Assembly (NCBI GenBank): GCA_010909165.1
Contig: MU008155.1
Span: 620,001-684,000, forward strand
Length of the DNA: 64,000 nucleotides
Direction: 5' to 3'
Origin: Anthoceros angustus
Taxonomy: Eukaryota > Plantae > Anthocerotophyta
Part shown: positions 34,729 through 47,111 of the stretch, piece after piece
Numbering within the stretch: position 1 is the stretch's first letter
How the letters are laid out: each line of letters begins with the position of its first letter
Position numbers and translations under genes: made by a program
Notes under the pieces: generated by a model
Told to the model about the DNA's origin: nothing
What the model saw: only the letters and a program-made list of their open reading frames with translations
Databases searched by the model: none

Positions 34729-37700
34729 TCAAATCGATGACGATCCGACTTTGTACATTTGCTCTTTAACGTATTCCAGCCAGTCAGCGACGTGGTCAGG
34801 GCGAGTTCCCAGACCCACTTTCACAATGAACTTGGCGATATCAGCAATCAATTTAGGCGCCACCTCCTGCCCACACCGAATCCAAGCACGCACAATGAGC
34901 GATTCACTATTAAAGACTGCAGATAAAGACAGTAATCAGCACGACATACCGTCATGTCCGAGAAGGCTGGAAAGAGCATGCCCGAAGCGAGTCGAGCTTC
35001 CGGAGTTTCCTGGGCCAGAGACTCAGCCGTTTCCAAAAAGACCTCATCGGTGATCGACTGACATTTCGTGAGCACCGCTGCCATACCAATCGGCCCGAAA
35101 ATGTTCAAAGCAGTCAAGGATCAGCATTCTTCGGCCCACCATCACTACAGTCAGGCATTCCAAAGGAGAGCACAAGAAAACCATGCGAATTGAAATAGAA
35201 GGATATGTAAGCATTGTTCGCTTGGGCGGGGAACAGTGTTCTCTCGTCGTTCGTAGTGTACGGAGGGAACGGACTGCCACTGGCGAACACCACACGCCCG
35301 GAAGTATGGCGGTAAGCCTCCTGGAATGTGCACTCCGACTTGGATGTGGGGTTGGAAAGCGGAAAAATGATGGGATGGTCGTTGATGGATGCCATCTCAC
35401 TGAGCACCTCTTGAGTGAAAGCACCGGTCATGGTGGAGACCCCAATCAGCATTGTGGGCCTGCTAGATGTTACGGGAGATGGTTAAAATTTCCTGAGAGC
35501 ATCTCAACATGAGGGAAGGCCAAGCAAGCGGTACGTACTTGAGAGCTTTCACAGCGGAAAGCAAGTCAGGCTGGAAGGGCACATCGTGCGCGAAGAGAAG
35601 CTTGTGATGCTGCAGGTCCTTCCGGGATTGACAAACGAGACCCTTGGAGTCGATGTAGTAGCAAGCCTTGACTGCTTCTTCATATGGGACACCACACCGT
35701 TTGTGAACAGCAAGAGAGATGAGTTTCCCGATGCCAGTCCCAGCTTCTCCTGCACCTAGGAAAATAATCCTCTGGTCTTCTAGCTTCCCACCTGTCGGCA
35801 GGAGCAGAGGACGATTAAGCTTTTGTATCACCGGACATGCCTTGTCACCACAGTACGGCAGACCAGGAGCCTTACCAGTGACTCGCAGAGCGGATAAGAG
35901 GCCAGCAAGACAGATGCACGCAGTGCCTTGAATATCGTCGTTGAAACAACATTGGTTTGATTGGTACCTTTCTAGTAGCCTGAAGGCGTTCTGGTTGCCG
36001 AAGTCTTCAAACTGCAAAGCAGACCCACGGTACACGTTACCGTGGCCCACAGGATAAACGCAAGCACACGGTCTGATTTGTCCGCAAACATGAAGCGTAC
36101 CTGCAAGAGAACGTGCGGACGCCATTGACGCAAGGCTCCCATGAATTCGTCTATCAAAGAATCATAGGCAGGCCCGCGGAGACGGTGCTGCTTTAGACCC
36201 TTGTACTCTGGGTCTTCTAGAAGGCTTTTATTTTCCGTGCCGACATCGAGACACACCGGCAAGCATTTGGCTGGATCAACCCCAGCTATGACGGTGTAAA
36301 GGATGATCTTGCCTTCACTAATACCCATGCCACCAGCGCCAAGATCTACAGAAACACACCACGTTACTGTCTGGAGTTGCAAATAATAAACAAACGACAT
36401 ACCAAGGAGCAAATGAGAACCGAGTTTGTGACAATTACCTCCAAGCCCCAAAATCCGCTCCCCGTCGGTGATGACTATGACCTGAATGTCCTGATTACGC
36501 CAAGCTTTGAGCTTCTCCAAAATGTTGCCGGAATCTGCTGGGGTGAGGTACAATCCTCGAGTCTTGATCGGAAGCCGACTATACTTCTCACATGCTTCTC
36601 CGACAGTCGGTGTGTAAACGTAAGGCAAGAGCTCTTGTGCATTTTCAATGATCAACTTCCAGAAGACCTTGGGCGAATTATCCTGCAATGCGAACAGAGA
36701 ATCAGGTTAACAAACAAATGCTCACAACATAGGAAGCAAGGTCAACCACGGGAAGGAGTGCTACTGACTTGCAGGTGTCGTAAGAACAAGTATCTCTGTA
36801 TGTCGGTATACATCTGTCGTATCATTATCAGTTCCTGCAAGCTTTCATGCTGCACCTCCGGCACGGGCACCGGTGCTACCTTCACAGACAATGCTCTACC
36901 GTAAACTTTAGGCTGGTACATTTGCGTCTTGACATAATCAACCCAGTTTCGGACTCCGGCAGGTTTCTCTCCTATCCCTTCGTTCAATATAGACTCCGCC
37001 ACTCCCGCAATCAGTGTAGGAGCTAGTTGCTGCAAAGCGAACCACACAAATGATATCAGTGAGACAACGCAATCACAATGAAAGACGACATGGAAACAGT
37101 GGGGCTTCCATCACACACACTTGCTGTGGTTACCTTCATGTCAGTGAATGTGGGGAATAGCATGCCAGATTCCAGGGTGTGCTGGGGAGTCAGAGACGCA
37201 AGGATTCTGGCAGTCTCCAGGAAGGTGACATCCGTGATTTTCTTGCTTTTTGTGAGGACTGCCGCCATTCCAATGGGCCCAAAAATGTAGGCGTTGTTTG
37301 CCTGAGCTGGGAAGTAAAGCTTGCCGTCGTCGGACTTCAATCCTGGAAAGGGGCTGCCACTTGCGAACACGACCTTGCCCTTGCTCCACTTGAAGGCCTC
37401 CTCATATGTGCATTCCGACTTGGATGTCGGATTCGAGAGGGGGAAGATGATAGGCCTCTCATTGATCTTGGACATCACCTCAACCACCTCCTGCGTGAAA
37501 GCGCCAGCGATTGTCGACACACCCACCAGCATAGTGGGTTTCAACTCGATCACTGTGGCACATAGAAAACATGTGCCAGCCAGGCATGTAAGCTATAGGG
37601 GTTACGCCCACGCAGAAGGCAGGAGAGGCGGACGAAATCAAAGCACCTATGCAGGATGCATCAGGGGAGGAGAGACAAGAAAAACAACTCCTCGCAAGGC

Positions 37701-38788
37701 ACAAGCATCCGACGAGCAGCAAAAACGAGCGACAAAAGACCCTACTCGTATAGAGAAACCTGTCATTGACCTGCAGAAAGGAGGTCGGGTTGGAAGGGTA
37801 CATCATGAGCGAACGGCAACTTATGATGCTGAAGGTCAGCCCGAGTCTTGCACACCAGGCCCTTGGAATCCATGTAGAAAAGCTTGCCCAGAGCCTCCTC
37901 CAACGTGAGCGGGGCCTTAGCCGAGCCGTTGGCCTTGGCATCAGGCAGGGTCCCAGAACCTGTGAACTGCCCACCAGTGGCAGACTCATGCACCATAGCC
38001 TTGGCAATGAGCTGCCCAATCCCCGTACCAGCCTCCCCTGCACCAAGAAAAACAATCTTCTGCTCCTCCAACGGCTTCCCAGTAATCCGCAGAGCAGACA
38101 GCAAGCCCGCCAAGGAAATGCACGCAGTCCCCTGAATGTCGTCGTTGAAGCAGCACTGCACATCCACGTACTTGTCGAGCAGCCGGAAGGCATTGGTGTT
38201 CCCGAAGTCCTCAAACTGCAGAAGCAAATGCGGCTGCCACTCCCGCAACGCGCTCATGAACTCGTCCACCAGCTCGTCGTACTCGGGCCCCCTGAGCCTG
38301 CGCTGGCGCAGCCCCTTGTATGTGGGATCGTCCAGCAGCTCCTGGTTGTTGGTCCCCACGTCGATGCACACAGGCATGCACAAAGACGGGTTCACCCCGG
38401 CAATGACAGTGTAGAGCAAAATCTTGCCCTCGCTGATCCCCATGCCATTGAATCCCAGGTCCCCCAGCCCCAGAATCCGCTCCCCATCCGTCACCACCAC
38501 AACCCGCACCGTGGATTCCGGCCACTCCGTCCTGAGCTTATCAAGAATGCGCCCCTTGTCCGCCTGCGTGATCGTCAATCCGTGCGTTTTGATGGGCAGC
38601 CGGGAGTAGTTCTGGCACGCCGCCCCCACCCCGGGCGTGTACACGATCGGCAGCAGCTCCTGCGCATTGTTGATGAGCACCTTGTAGAAGAGCGACGGCG
38701 TCTTCTCCTGCAGCCGCCTCAGATACACGTACTTGTCAAGCTCGGTCACGCATTGCCGCACCCCCTCCAGAGCCGCCTGCTCCGCCAT
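34729..38788 (-). CDS. Tandem double malic enzyme (two NADP-type ME units in one ORF), 10 exons, ~1039 aa
   Basis: Exons 38788-37771, 37552-37134, 37029-36769, 36682-36439, 36345-36101, 36011-35876, 35791-35539, 35459-35207, 35102-34950, 34866-34729 sum to 3120 nt in frame. Each half has VYTP, DGERILGLGDLG, GMGISEGK, QFEDF, FNDDIQGT, GAGEAG, DSKG, LSNPTSKSEC and QANNAYIF. Confidence 0.88.
35103..35206 (-). other. U12-type (minor spliceosome) AT-AC intron
   Basis: 5' ATATCCTT, branch site TCCTTGAC (35120-35113), 3' ...TTTGAAC; removal restores ANNAY|IFGP in frame. Confidence 0.88.
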
Positions 38789-40199
38789 CTCCTCCGAGCT
38801 CCGCGACCCCGCCGCACGCCGTACGGCTGGCAGCCCTAATGCTGCAATTCTCCCCGCCTCCAAGCTCCCTCCTCCCCTGCAGCCAACCACCACCCCCCAC
38901 AAGCTCCCTCCACCGCTCGAGGCCACGCTCCCGCTCCCGCCCCCGCACACCACAGCTACCCGCAGCTCCAGCAGCTGACAAATCGAGCCGCCAGAAACCA
39001 ACCACACCTTCCCCCTCTGCAAAATCCCTTCACCACGCAAACAAACAGCTCCGATCAGCAGATCTCACAACAAAAACAATTTCCACTCCTCCCTCCCTCC
39101 CTCCTTGGAAGCATGCGCTAAAAAGCAGCAGCAATCCGTACTCCCCTCCCCGCCTCCACCAGATCCCCCCTCCCTCCCTCACTCCAACAACAAGCACTGC
39201 CCCCCACCAAATTCCCCTCTCCAACCGGGCGGGACAGGCCACCAGATCAACAAACCGGGGCCCCGTACGGACGACGCAACAAGATCAGAAGCGATGCCTT
39301 GGCGCTCCTCCACCACACGGCAACACGGGGCACCACACGCCACCCAGATTCCAACTAATCGGAAGCTGGTAGTGCGCCCTTCCCGGAGCTCGCAAATCCG
39401 ACAAGAGCAAAACCAGGAGCAGAGCAGAGAGCGGCAGACGAGGGCAGAATTGAGACGTCTCAGCGTACCGAGAGGAGGCAGCTCAGGAGCGGCAAGGAGA
39501 CGGGGCTCGGCGCGACAAGACGGAGACGGCAGTCGCACGCATTGCACTGCTCGTCCGGAGAGCTCCCGCGGCAGCTCCCGCAAATCGCACCTCCATGTCC
39601 CGGGGCTACCCCAAACTTATACTACCTACCTACCAGGCTTTCCACTTTGTTCAGGAATAAGAATAATGATAATAATTGGGCAATTGGGCGAGACTGCGAG
39701 AGATGGCATTTGTGAGAAATTCCGCCTCCCTTCCCCTCCCTCTCCTCCCGCCCGCCACGCCCCGCCCCGGACCCCGGTCCCCGGTCCCCGGTCCTGGTCC
39801 CGGCCCGCGCCCCGGAGGCGCCGCCCATTGGATGCCCGCCTTCTTGTGGCTGGTATCTCTCTTTGGACGGAATAATAATAATGAATTTCAACACGCAAAT
39901 TCGGGGTCCAAGTTCCAACCGGGGGACGGGGGACGGGCGACGCCGAGCGCCAAGTTACTGTGGCCGTGCTTATCCGGGTGACCGGGGCAGCAGGTGCCCG
40001 GGCTGCTTCCACCCCACCTTCCCCGAGGGCCAGCCTGTCACAGCTTATGCGTGCTCCGGGCATCCACTCGGTGTTCGCCCGTACCCTGCCTTGCATTACC
40101 TCCCTCAGCTCGCCCGCTGTTTCTCGAATAATGGCTCTGATTCGGTCCAGACCTGCCTTCCCAAAATGCACATAATTCTTGCGTGTCGGGCCATCCGCT

Positions 40200-41640
40200 G
40201 AGCAATCCGGCGTGCATCTTTTTCGTTCAGGGTGCGTGCAGTGATGGTAGAAGAAATGTCTACCGGTGAAGAGTGCAGTCTTGGGACACACACATGTTTG
40301 GCTTCACGCTCGTAGGGATGCTTTTATCTTTGAGGGGTGTCGTATCCAGCAATTGGTGTTCTCCAGGTGACCACGTCTCTTCAGGGCAGTGCATCCAACA
40401 ACTGCCGGGCATGCTGCCGCACATCGCATACATGCAAACCAGACTCCTCGTTCCCCGATTTGTGCATCAAGGTGCTACCTTCTCCTTCTCCACAGGAGGT
40501 GCACCCACGCTTGCACATGCCTGCAGAGAAACAAGTGCAGCAGACCTGCCTTCTTCTCTTCTCAATAGAGCTGTGAAGATAGATGCAGGGATTGCTGATC
40601 CATGCCCTGCTGAGAATCTCCTGTCATCGGACCCTTCCAAGTCTCCGCACTTTTCCTACCAAATGTATCACACGATGTGAAGTCTTGCGCGACTTTCAGC
40701 CTGCCGCATTTTGCATACGTGCTGTGTCCACCGGTTGAGCAACTCAAAGCAAACAAATCAAGCCCATCCCCTCCGACCAGCACATCAGCATGCACCGGCT
40801 GGAGCCCGCTCTGAAGTCTGCTCACCAGACGATTGAGGTGGATATGGACTCACCGACTTAAGAACCCTAAAGGTTAAGTATCGCTCCCTTCGTTTGGCTA
40901 CACATAAATAGGATTTCTTCGCTTCCTCCCCTTCCACAAGCCTGGAGGCTGCTACAAACACATGCCCATCAGGGTTCACACTCCACCTCCGCATCCATGA
41001 GAAAGATCTGCGATTGCCCTCCTTATCTCGCCCCTCAAATGAGGGGTCCCAGGAGACCACATGAAGGCCTCTGGTTCCGCAACCCCGGTGCCCCCGTTCA
41101 TCCCTTCCCGCAACCTGGCACGACCAGCATACATCCGCAGGATGTGGTTGCAAGCGCAGGAGCATGTCGGACTCGTACCCTCCACGGAGCATACAAGACC
41201 AACTTGGAAACACCACACTCCATCTTCACCACAACTCCCAGTGTCTCTCCAGCTACCCCTGCTCACACAGTTGCTCCACAGTTGCACCCGTCACGCGCCT
41301 CTCATGCCCTGCAAACCCCACAAGGCCATCACCACCCGCCAATCTCCGGTCGGATTCACAGAAGCGCATTCTCCACAACAGCCCATGCCGCCCCAACCCG
41401 AGAACGAAGCCCCGCCCGCCAGGCACAGAGGATCCCCACACCCCGTACCCTGAAGCCATACGATCACGGCCGATCCCGGAACCACCCAGCAATTCCAATG
41501 CACTGCACCGGCTGGGCTGGTTGCGCACACAACCCTCCCTTCTGCATTCGCAGCTGCAGGCATCTCTCACCAATCTCGACCACCTGGTACCGTTTTAGAA
41601 ACACATCTGCCACTTCTGGACAGGCACGCTTTCCACACTT
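40200..41640 (-). pseudogene. Degenerate paralog of the PPR gene at 22.5-25.3 kb
   Basis: Shared segments (CATSP..ALELLG, ERRVTGATVEQLCEQG, CNHILRMYAG.ARL.EGM, PEAFMWS, KHP...TCACCGGTAG) with frameshifts and large internal deletions. Confidence 0.85.
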
Positions 41641-42995
41641 TCCTCCATAACTTACCATCGTATGTCGTATGGAACAATCCTTGCGTGTTTTCAGGCGACA
41701 GAATTGTAGCCTACAGTGACGATCCCATCAGCACATTCCGGACTATCACATCCCGTCATCCTTTCTATACCTACCAGCATGCATGAACGGCAGCTGGCCA
41801 TGGAATGGAAACACCGGACAGAATCGCTTTGCCCAAAACCATGTTGCAGTCTGAAGATGGGTGTCCCGAGTCCTGAATAGACGCCATGCCATCGGCTCTC
41901 GAGTCCCCCGCCCGAGCCCGACATGGATGCCAGATGTCCCTGGGCTTTGGTTGCACATGACGACACTCGCCACATCCCATGATCATACCCAACCCATACG
42001 TATCTCATTTTGTTTTGTAAGATCGCTTAAAACGAAACGTACCATCGACCCTGTCAGAGACCTTCTACCTACACAGCTAATTCCCTTACAATATGAGACA
42101 TGTATGCATCATGGGCAGCCGCAGTTGGGCATGGTTTGAAGACCACTACATACCCCCGCCGTCCGATACGCCCATCCAACGGCCGACATGGCCCAGAGAT
42201 GACTCCACGTGGGTTCGAGCCCGGGCTCCTCCCATGCCCGTCACGTTGCTTCGAGGGCCTTGTCGCCTGTCCGAAATGATGAACTGGCGAGGCCGCGAGC
42301 CAGCTCCACGCGCCGTGCGGCTCGCCAGTTACGCCAGGCTTGGCGTGACCCCACGACTGCCTGGACAATCGCATTCGCCAGCCCCGGTCTCCCTTTCTTT
42401 GCGCGTACGCGGGCCCCGATCTCACGTTCCGCTTCCGTCTTCTCTCTAGCCCGCTCTATTTCTGCAGCGTCTGCCTGCTTTTCCTTCATCGCGGCGCGCT
42501 CCTCTGCTTGCCATAGCTAGCGCGGGACTCGCTTGCTCGACTCTCCGCCAGCTCAAGCCTTACGCGTCTTGCGCCGCGCGCCGAGACAGCTCGCGTCTTC
42601 TCTTCAAGGTCTGTTCCTCTGCTCCTCCTTGTGTTGGCATTGCGTTGCCTGAGCCTGACTTTGCTGTGAGGTTCTTCTTGTCGTCGTGGTTCCTGGTAAT
42701 TTGTTTTTTTTGGCCACAATCTGTGTGGAGCCTTAGTGCGGGAGGGATCCAGGTAGTTCTGATTTTTGCAAGGGTCTTGTTTGTGTGAGGCTTCCCGATC
42801 CGTGCTGGTTTTGGTTTTTGATGTGACTGTCACATGCTTGTTTCTGGATCTGGCTCTCCGGATGGAGCAGATCTGTTTTGCCTGGTGCTCCCTGCTGTTT
42901 CTTCTTTTTTTCTGCTGAAATCTGCCCTGATTTCAACTGTCTCTGTTTTGCCTGTGTGACAGGCCGCAGTAAAGGCCAAGGCCAGATCCGTCAAA

Positions 42996-44438
42996 ATGGT
43001 GAAGATATGCTGCATTGGTGCTGGATACGTCGGGGGCCCGACGATGGCTATGATTGCTTACAAGTGCCCTGACATTGAAGTCAACGTTGTCGACATTTCG
43101 AAGCCGAGAATAGCTGCCTGGAACAGCGATGAGCTTCCCATCTACGAGCCGGGCCTTGATGAAGTGGTCAAGGCCTGCAGGGGAAAGAACCTTATCTTCA
43201 GCAGCGATGTGGAGAAGTACGTTGCCGAGGCCGACATCATATTTGTGTCCGTCAACACTCCGACCAAAACCAGAGGTCTGGGAGCTGGCAAAGCGGCAGA
43301 TCTGACCTACTGGGAGAGTGCTGCTCGCATGATCGCGGATGTTTCCCAGTCGGACAAGATTGTTGTGGAGAAGTCCACTGTCCCGGTGAAAACAGCGGAG
43401 GCCATTGAGAAGATCTTGACTCACAGCAACAAGGGCATCAACTTCCAGATTTTGTCCAACCCTGAGTTCCTGGCAGAAGGGACTGCTATTGAGGACTTGC
43501 AGAAGCCTGACCGGGTGTTGATCGGTGGACGGCCAACACCGGAGGGCCAAAAGGCTGTTGCTGCTCTCAAGGCGGTCTATGCTCACTGGGTGCCGGAAGA
43601 CCGCATTATCACTACAAATTTGTGGTCTGCAGAACTCTCCAAGCTTGCGGCCAATGCTTTCTTGGCGCAGAGGATCTCCTCTATCAATGCCATGTCTGCC
43701 CTCTGCGAGGCTACCGGTGCAGATGTTTCGGAAGTGGCGTACGCTATCGGCAAGGATACTCGTATTGGATCACGCTTTTTGAGTTCCAGTGTGGGATTTG
43801 GCGGTTCCTGCTTCCAGAAGGACATCCTCAATCTTGTATACATCTGTGAGTGCAACGGGCTGACGGAGGTCGCTAACTATTGGAAGCAGGTGGTGCAGAT
43901 CAACGATTATCAGAAGTCTCGCTTTGTGAAGCGCGTGGTGTCATCCATGTTCAATACAGTCTCGGGCAAGAAGGTGGCTGTCTTCGGCTTTGCCTTCAAG
44001 AAAGACACTGGTGACACACGAGAAACACCTGCCATCGACGTGTGCCAGGGTTTGATTGGAGACAAGGCCAAACTTAGCATTTACGATCCCCAGGTCACTG
44101 AAGAACAGATCAAAAAGGATCTGACAATGAGCAAGTTTGACTGGGACCATCCTCAGCACTTACAGCCTGAGACCCCTGCTGCTCTCGAGCATGTTCTGGT
44201 CGAGAAGGATGCTTATGCTGCTGCTGACAAAGCGCATGGCATTTGCATCATCACCGAATGGGATGAATTCAAGACCCTTGACTATCAGAAAATATACGAC
44301 AACATGGAGAAGCCAGCATTTATCTTTGATGGCCGGAACCTTCTCAACGTGGAGGCATTGAGAAAGATCGGGTTTATTGTCTTCTCCATTGGAAAGCCTC
44401 TTGATGCTTTCGTGAAGGACTTGCCAGCATCCACATGA
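42996..44438 (+). CDS. UGD: UDP-glucose 6-dehydrogenase
   Basis: 480-aa intronless CDS: [46 protein letters not shown]; probable 5'-UTR intron ~42610-42962, as in other plant UGD genes. Confidence 0.97.
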   Translation: MVKICCIGAGYVGGPTMAMIAYKCPDIEVNVVDISKPRIAAWNSDELPIYEPGLDEVVKACRGKNLIFSSDVEKYVAEADIIFVSVNTPTKTRGLGAGKAADLTYWESAARMIADVSQSDKIVVEKSTVPVKTAEAIEKILTHSNKGINFQILSNPEFLAEGTAIEDLQKPDRVLIGGRPTPEGQKAVAALKAVYAHWVPEDRIITTNLWSAELSKLAANAFLAQRISSINAMSALCEATGADVSEVAYAIGKDTRIGSRFLSSSVGFGGSCFQKDILNLVYICECNGLTEVANYWKQVVQINDYQKSRFVKRVVSSMFNTVSGKKVAVFGFAFKKDTGDTRETPAIDVCQGLIGDKAKLSIYDPQVTEEQIKKDLTMSKFDWDHPQHLQPETPAALEHVLVEKDAYAAADKAHGICIITEWDEFKTLDYQKIYDNMEKPAFIFDGRNLLNVEALRKIGFIVFSIGKPLDAFVKDLPAST

Positions 44439-45171
44439 GCTGAGCGGCATGCATTTGAGTCCAAGTTGGCAACACGGCGTTTGCTCTTGGAATTAGATTT
44501 TTTGGTTAGAGATCATGTGTTAGAGTCTCTAAATTGGAGAGTCAAACAATGTTCTCGAGCTACGACTGGAAGATGCACGGCAGCATTTCTCCGAGACGGT
44601 TCAATCTGTGTAGGATAGTTTCGTTCTGATGGATGCACGTTGTGAGATCGCACCATCTACGACGAGACGTAGTAGAGTTCTTCTTGCTGGGCCATGAACT
44701 GGTTAGCCATGAACTGTCGGACAGTTTTTTGTGACACTGAGCCTCACAAGCCTTGAGGAGATGTAGTTCTCACTTCCAGTTTTAGGTGCTGGTATTTCCA
44801 GTTCCCCTTTTTTTACATATTGTGTCCGGTTCAAGTTCAAACTGCCCCCTTCCTTGAGCCGTGTTTTTATGTTTGGTTCCGACACCACGTTCAACCTCAG
44901 CAGTCCGTGTGAACGGTGACACTGCCGCATTCCGTCCTAGGATCGTAGTCACTCAGTCTAGCGAAGCAAGGATGGAACAGAAGCCTCCTTGAGCGAGCGA
45001 ATTCGCAGCAGCTCACACGATGTGTGTCAGGAGCCGTCGGCCCTAACAGGAGGTGTTGCTGGCATCTGTGTTTGTCCGGTTCTAGCGAGGTGGAAGGGTT
45101 GCAGCATGACGTCCGGTCCGTAACAATACCAGTCTTCTTTCAAGTGTCTGCTGTCAGATTCACGTCGCAAG

Positions 45172-47111
45172 ATGGCTTCTGGGCGAATGAAAGCCATGCC
45201 CAGGAACGCGATGCCCGGGGAGTCCGTTGATGGAGCTGGCGCTGCATCTGTGGTAGATAAGAGCAGCAAGAGGTACGTGCTGGCTCTGCAGAGTGGCCTA
45301 AAGAGCGAAGTTTCCTGGGCTTTGAATGCCCTCACTGTCATCTCCTTCAAGGAAAAGGATGATCCGCGAAGAGATTTCGGAGTTATTGCCAAGGTTCCAG
45401 GGCTTCTTGATGCTCTTCTCTTTGTGGTAAGCTAAGCAATTCCTCAAGGTCATGCCGCAGTTTGCATCAGCAGTGTCGATGTTCGGGCAGCAAGTACTCT
45501 CACAAGTCTTCATGTGACATTTAGGTCTTCCATCTCTCACCGATAGCTGTGTTTTTTCTTGAGATAAAAGATTCAGGAGTGGCGTGATATAGCACACCCA
45601 CGTGATTCTGCAAAGCTTGCCAGACAACGTGTCTTAGGGGCTAATCACCCTTACACGGGATGGGGGCTGGAGTATGAAAGTACTTGTCCAGGGGATCCTA
45701 TTTGGCGCCTCCGGTGAGTCCTTTTCGTTTCTTCTGCGATTATATTAGCTGAAGTATCTGCAACTTAACCCGCACATGCTTAGTACAGGTCTGCGCCAGA
45801 CACCTTGCATAAAGATGAGATTTTCGGAGATACTGAGAAGCAGAACAAAAACTCAGAGTGGTGGTGGGATGAAGAGGGCGTCTTCAATTTGGACGAGCTG
45901 GGCCGGTTGGAGAGGCAGCAAGCAGCAGTCGCTGCCTCCAACATCGTGCGCAATTTCTCGTTTATGCCAGAGAATGAAAGTTTCATGGCTCAGCATCGGA
46001 ACTGCTTGGAGACCCTGATTCACTGCATGCAAGATCATCTCACTGGTCAGTGGCAGTTCTCTGAGTTGTGTCTGAACCTAGGAACAAGGATCCTCTCATA
46101 CTCGCTTGTTTTTGGCATGTTATGCAGAAGATGAAGAGCTAGTGATGAACTCCATTGAGACTATTGTGAACTTGGCACCTTTCCTCTGTATCAAGCTTTT
46201 TGAGGATTGCACCCGAGGACAGATCACGTAGGTTTCATCACCTAACTTTGACATCTGCCTTTTTGCCATACTTCATTGATTTTAGGTTCTTGAAGGTATG
46301 CCTTCTTGTAGCAACTCTTGTCCAGTCGTCTGAAGGAAACTGACAAGTCCATACATTGTTCTTGTCTCAGAGAAAAGCAAGCTGTACAATCATTTATTGA
46401 CATGTTAGAATCTCCTGTAAGAGCATGGTATTGTTCGGCTGCGGAGCTTCTCGGAAGACTAGTGGTCAACCCTGATAACGAACCCTACCTTCTGCCAGTA
46501 GCACCTCAGGTTCATTCCCTACTTCAAGTTGGTCATCTGCTGCTGTCTAGTGCCTGTGACATGTGTGGAAACTTAGACCGGCCTGTACTGGACGGTCCTA
46601 TGAGGGGAAGCAGCCTCCTTATGCAGCTGTCTCTGCTTGCAGGTGTACAGGCGGCTCGTTGACTTGTTGGGCCTGCCAGGAGCAGATGGCCAGGCAGCAG
46701 CTGTGGGGGCTCTGTACAACTTTGCAGAAATAAACATGGACTGTCGTGTTCGACTTGCAAATGAGCGATGGTAGGAAGCTGCTGCTGAGATCCTTGCTTA
46801 GAGCTTTCTTCTCATTGCAGGACTGAAGGTTGGCCACTGTGCATATTTCTCGCAGGGCGATTGGGAGGCTCCTAAGGATTGTGCAAGCACCTCATCCTTT
46901 GGCGGAAGTCGTCCGAAAGGCTGCCCTAACCCTGGAAAGCTTGGCGTCGGAGCCCCAAAACAGAACAGTGATGCTGGCCTTCGAAAATACGTTTGCTGAA
47001 ATTGCGCTTCTAGACGTTCGTATGTCAGATACCTTTGCACGTATTCTGTGGGAGCTGTGCTCTCGGACTAATGTTAAGGCTGGTGCTGCGCGGGGAGTAT
47101 GGGGCTCCTAG
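45172..47111 (+). CDS. LFR: Armadillo-repeat protein LEAF AND FLOWER RELATED (SWI/SNF, BAF250_C-like), multi-exon
   Basis: LALQSGLKSEVSWALNAL, WWWDEEGVFNLD, AASNIVRNFSFMP, CSAAELLGRLVVNPDNEP, terminal ARGVWGS. Confidence 0.93.

Noticed and set aside
36769-37029. Two separate tandem malic enzyme genes
   Set aside because: No stop codon, intergenic space or promoter between the units; the junction lies within one open exon with canonical splice sites on both sides. Final proof needs transcripts.
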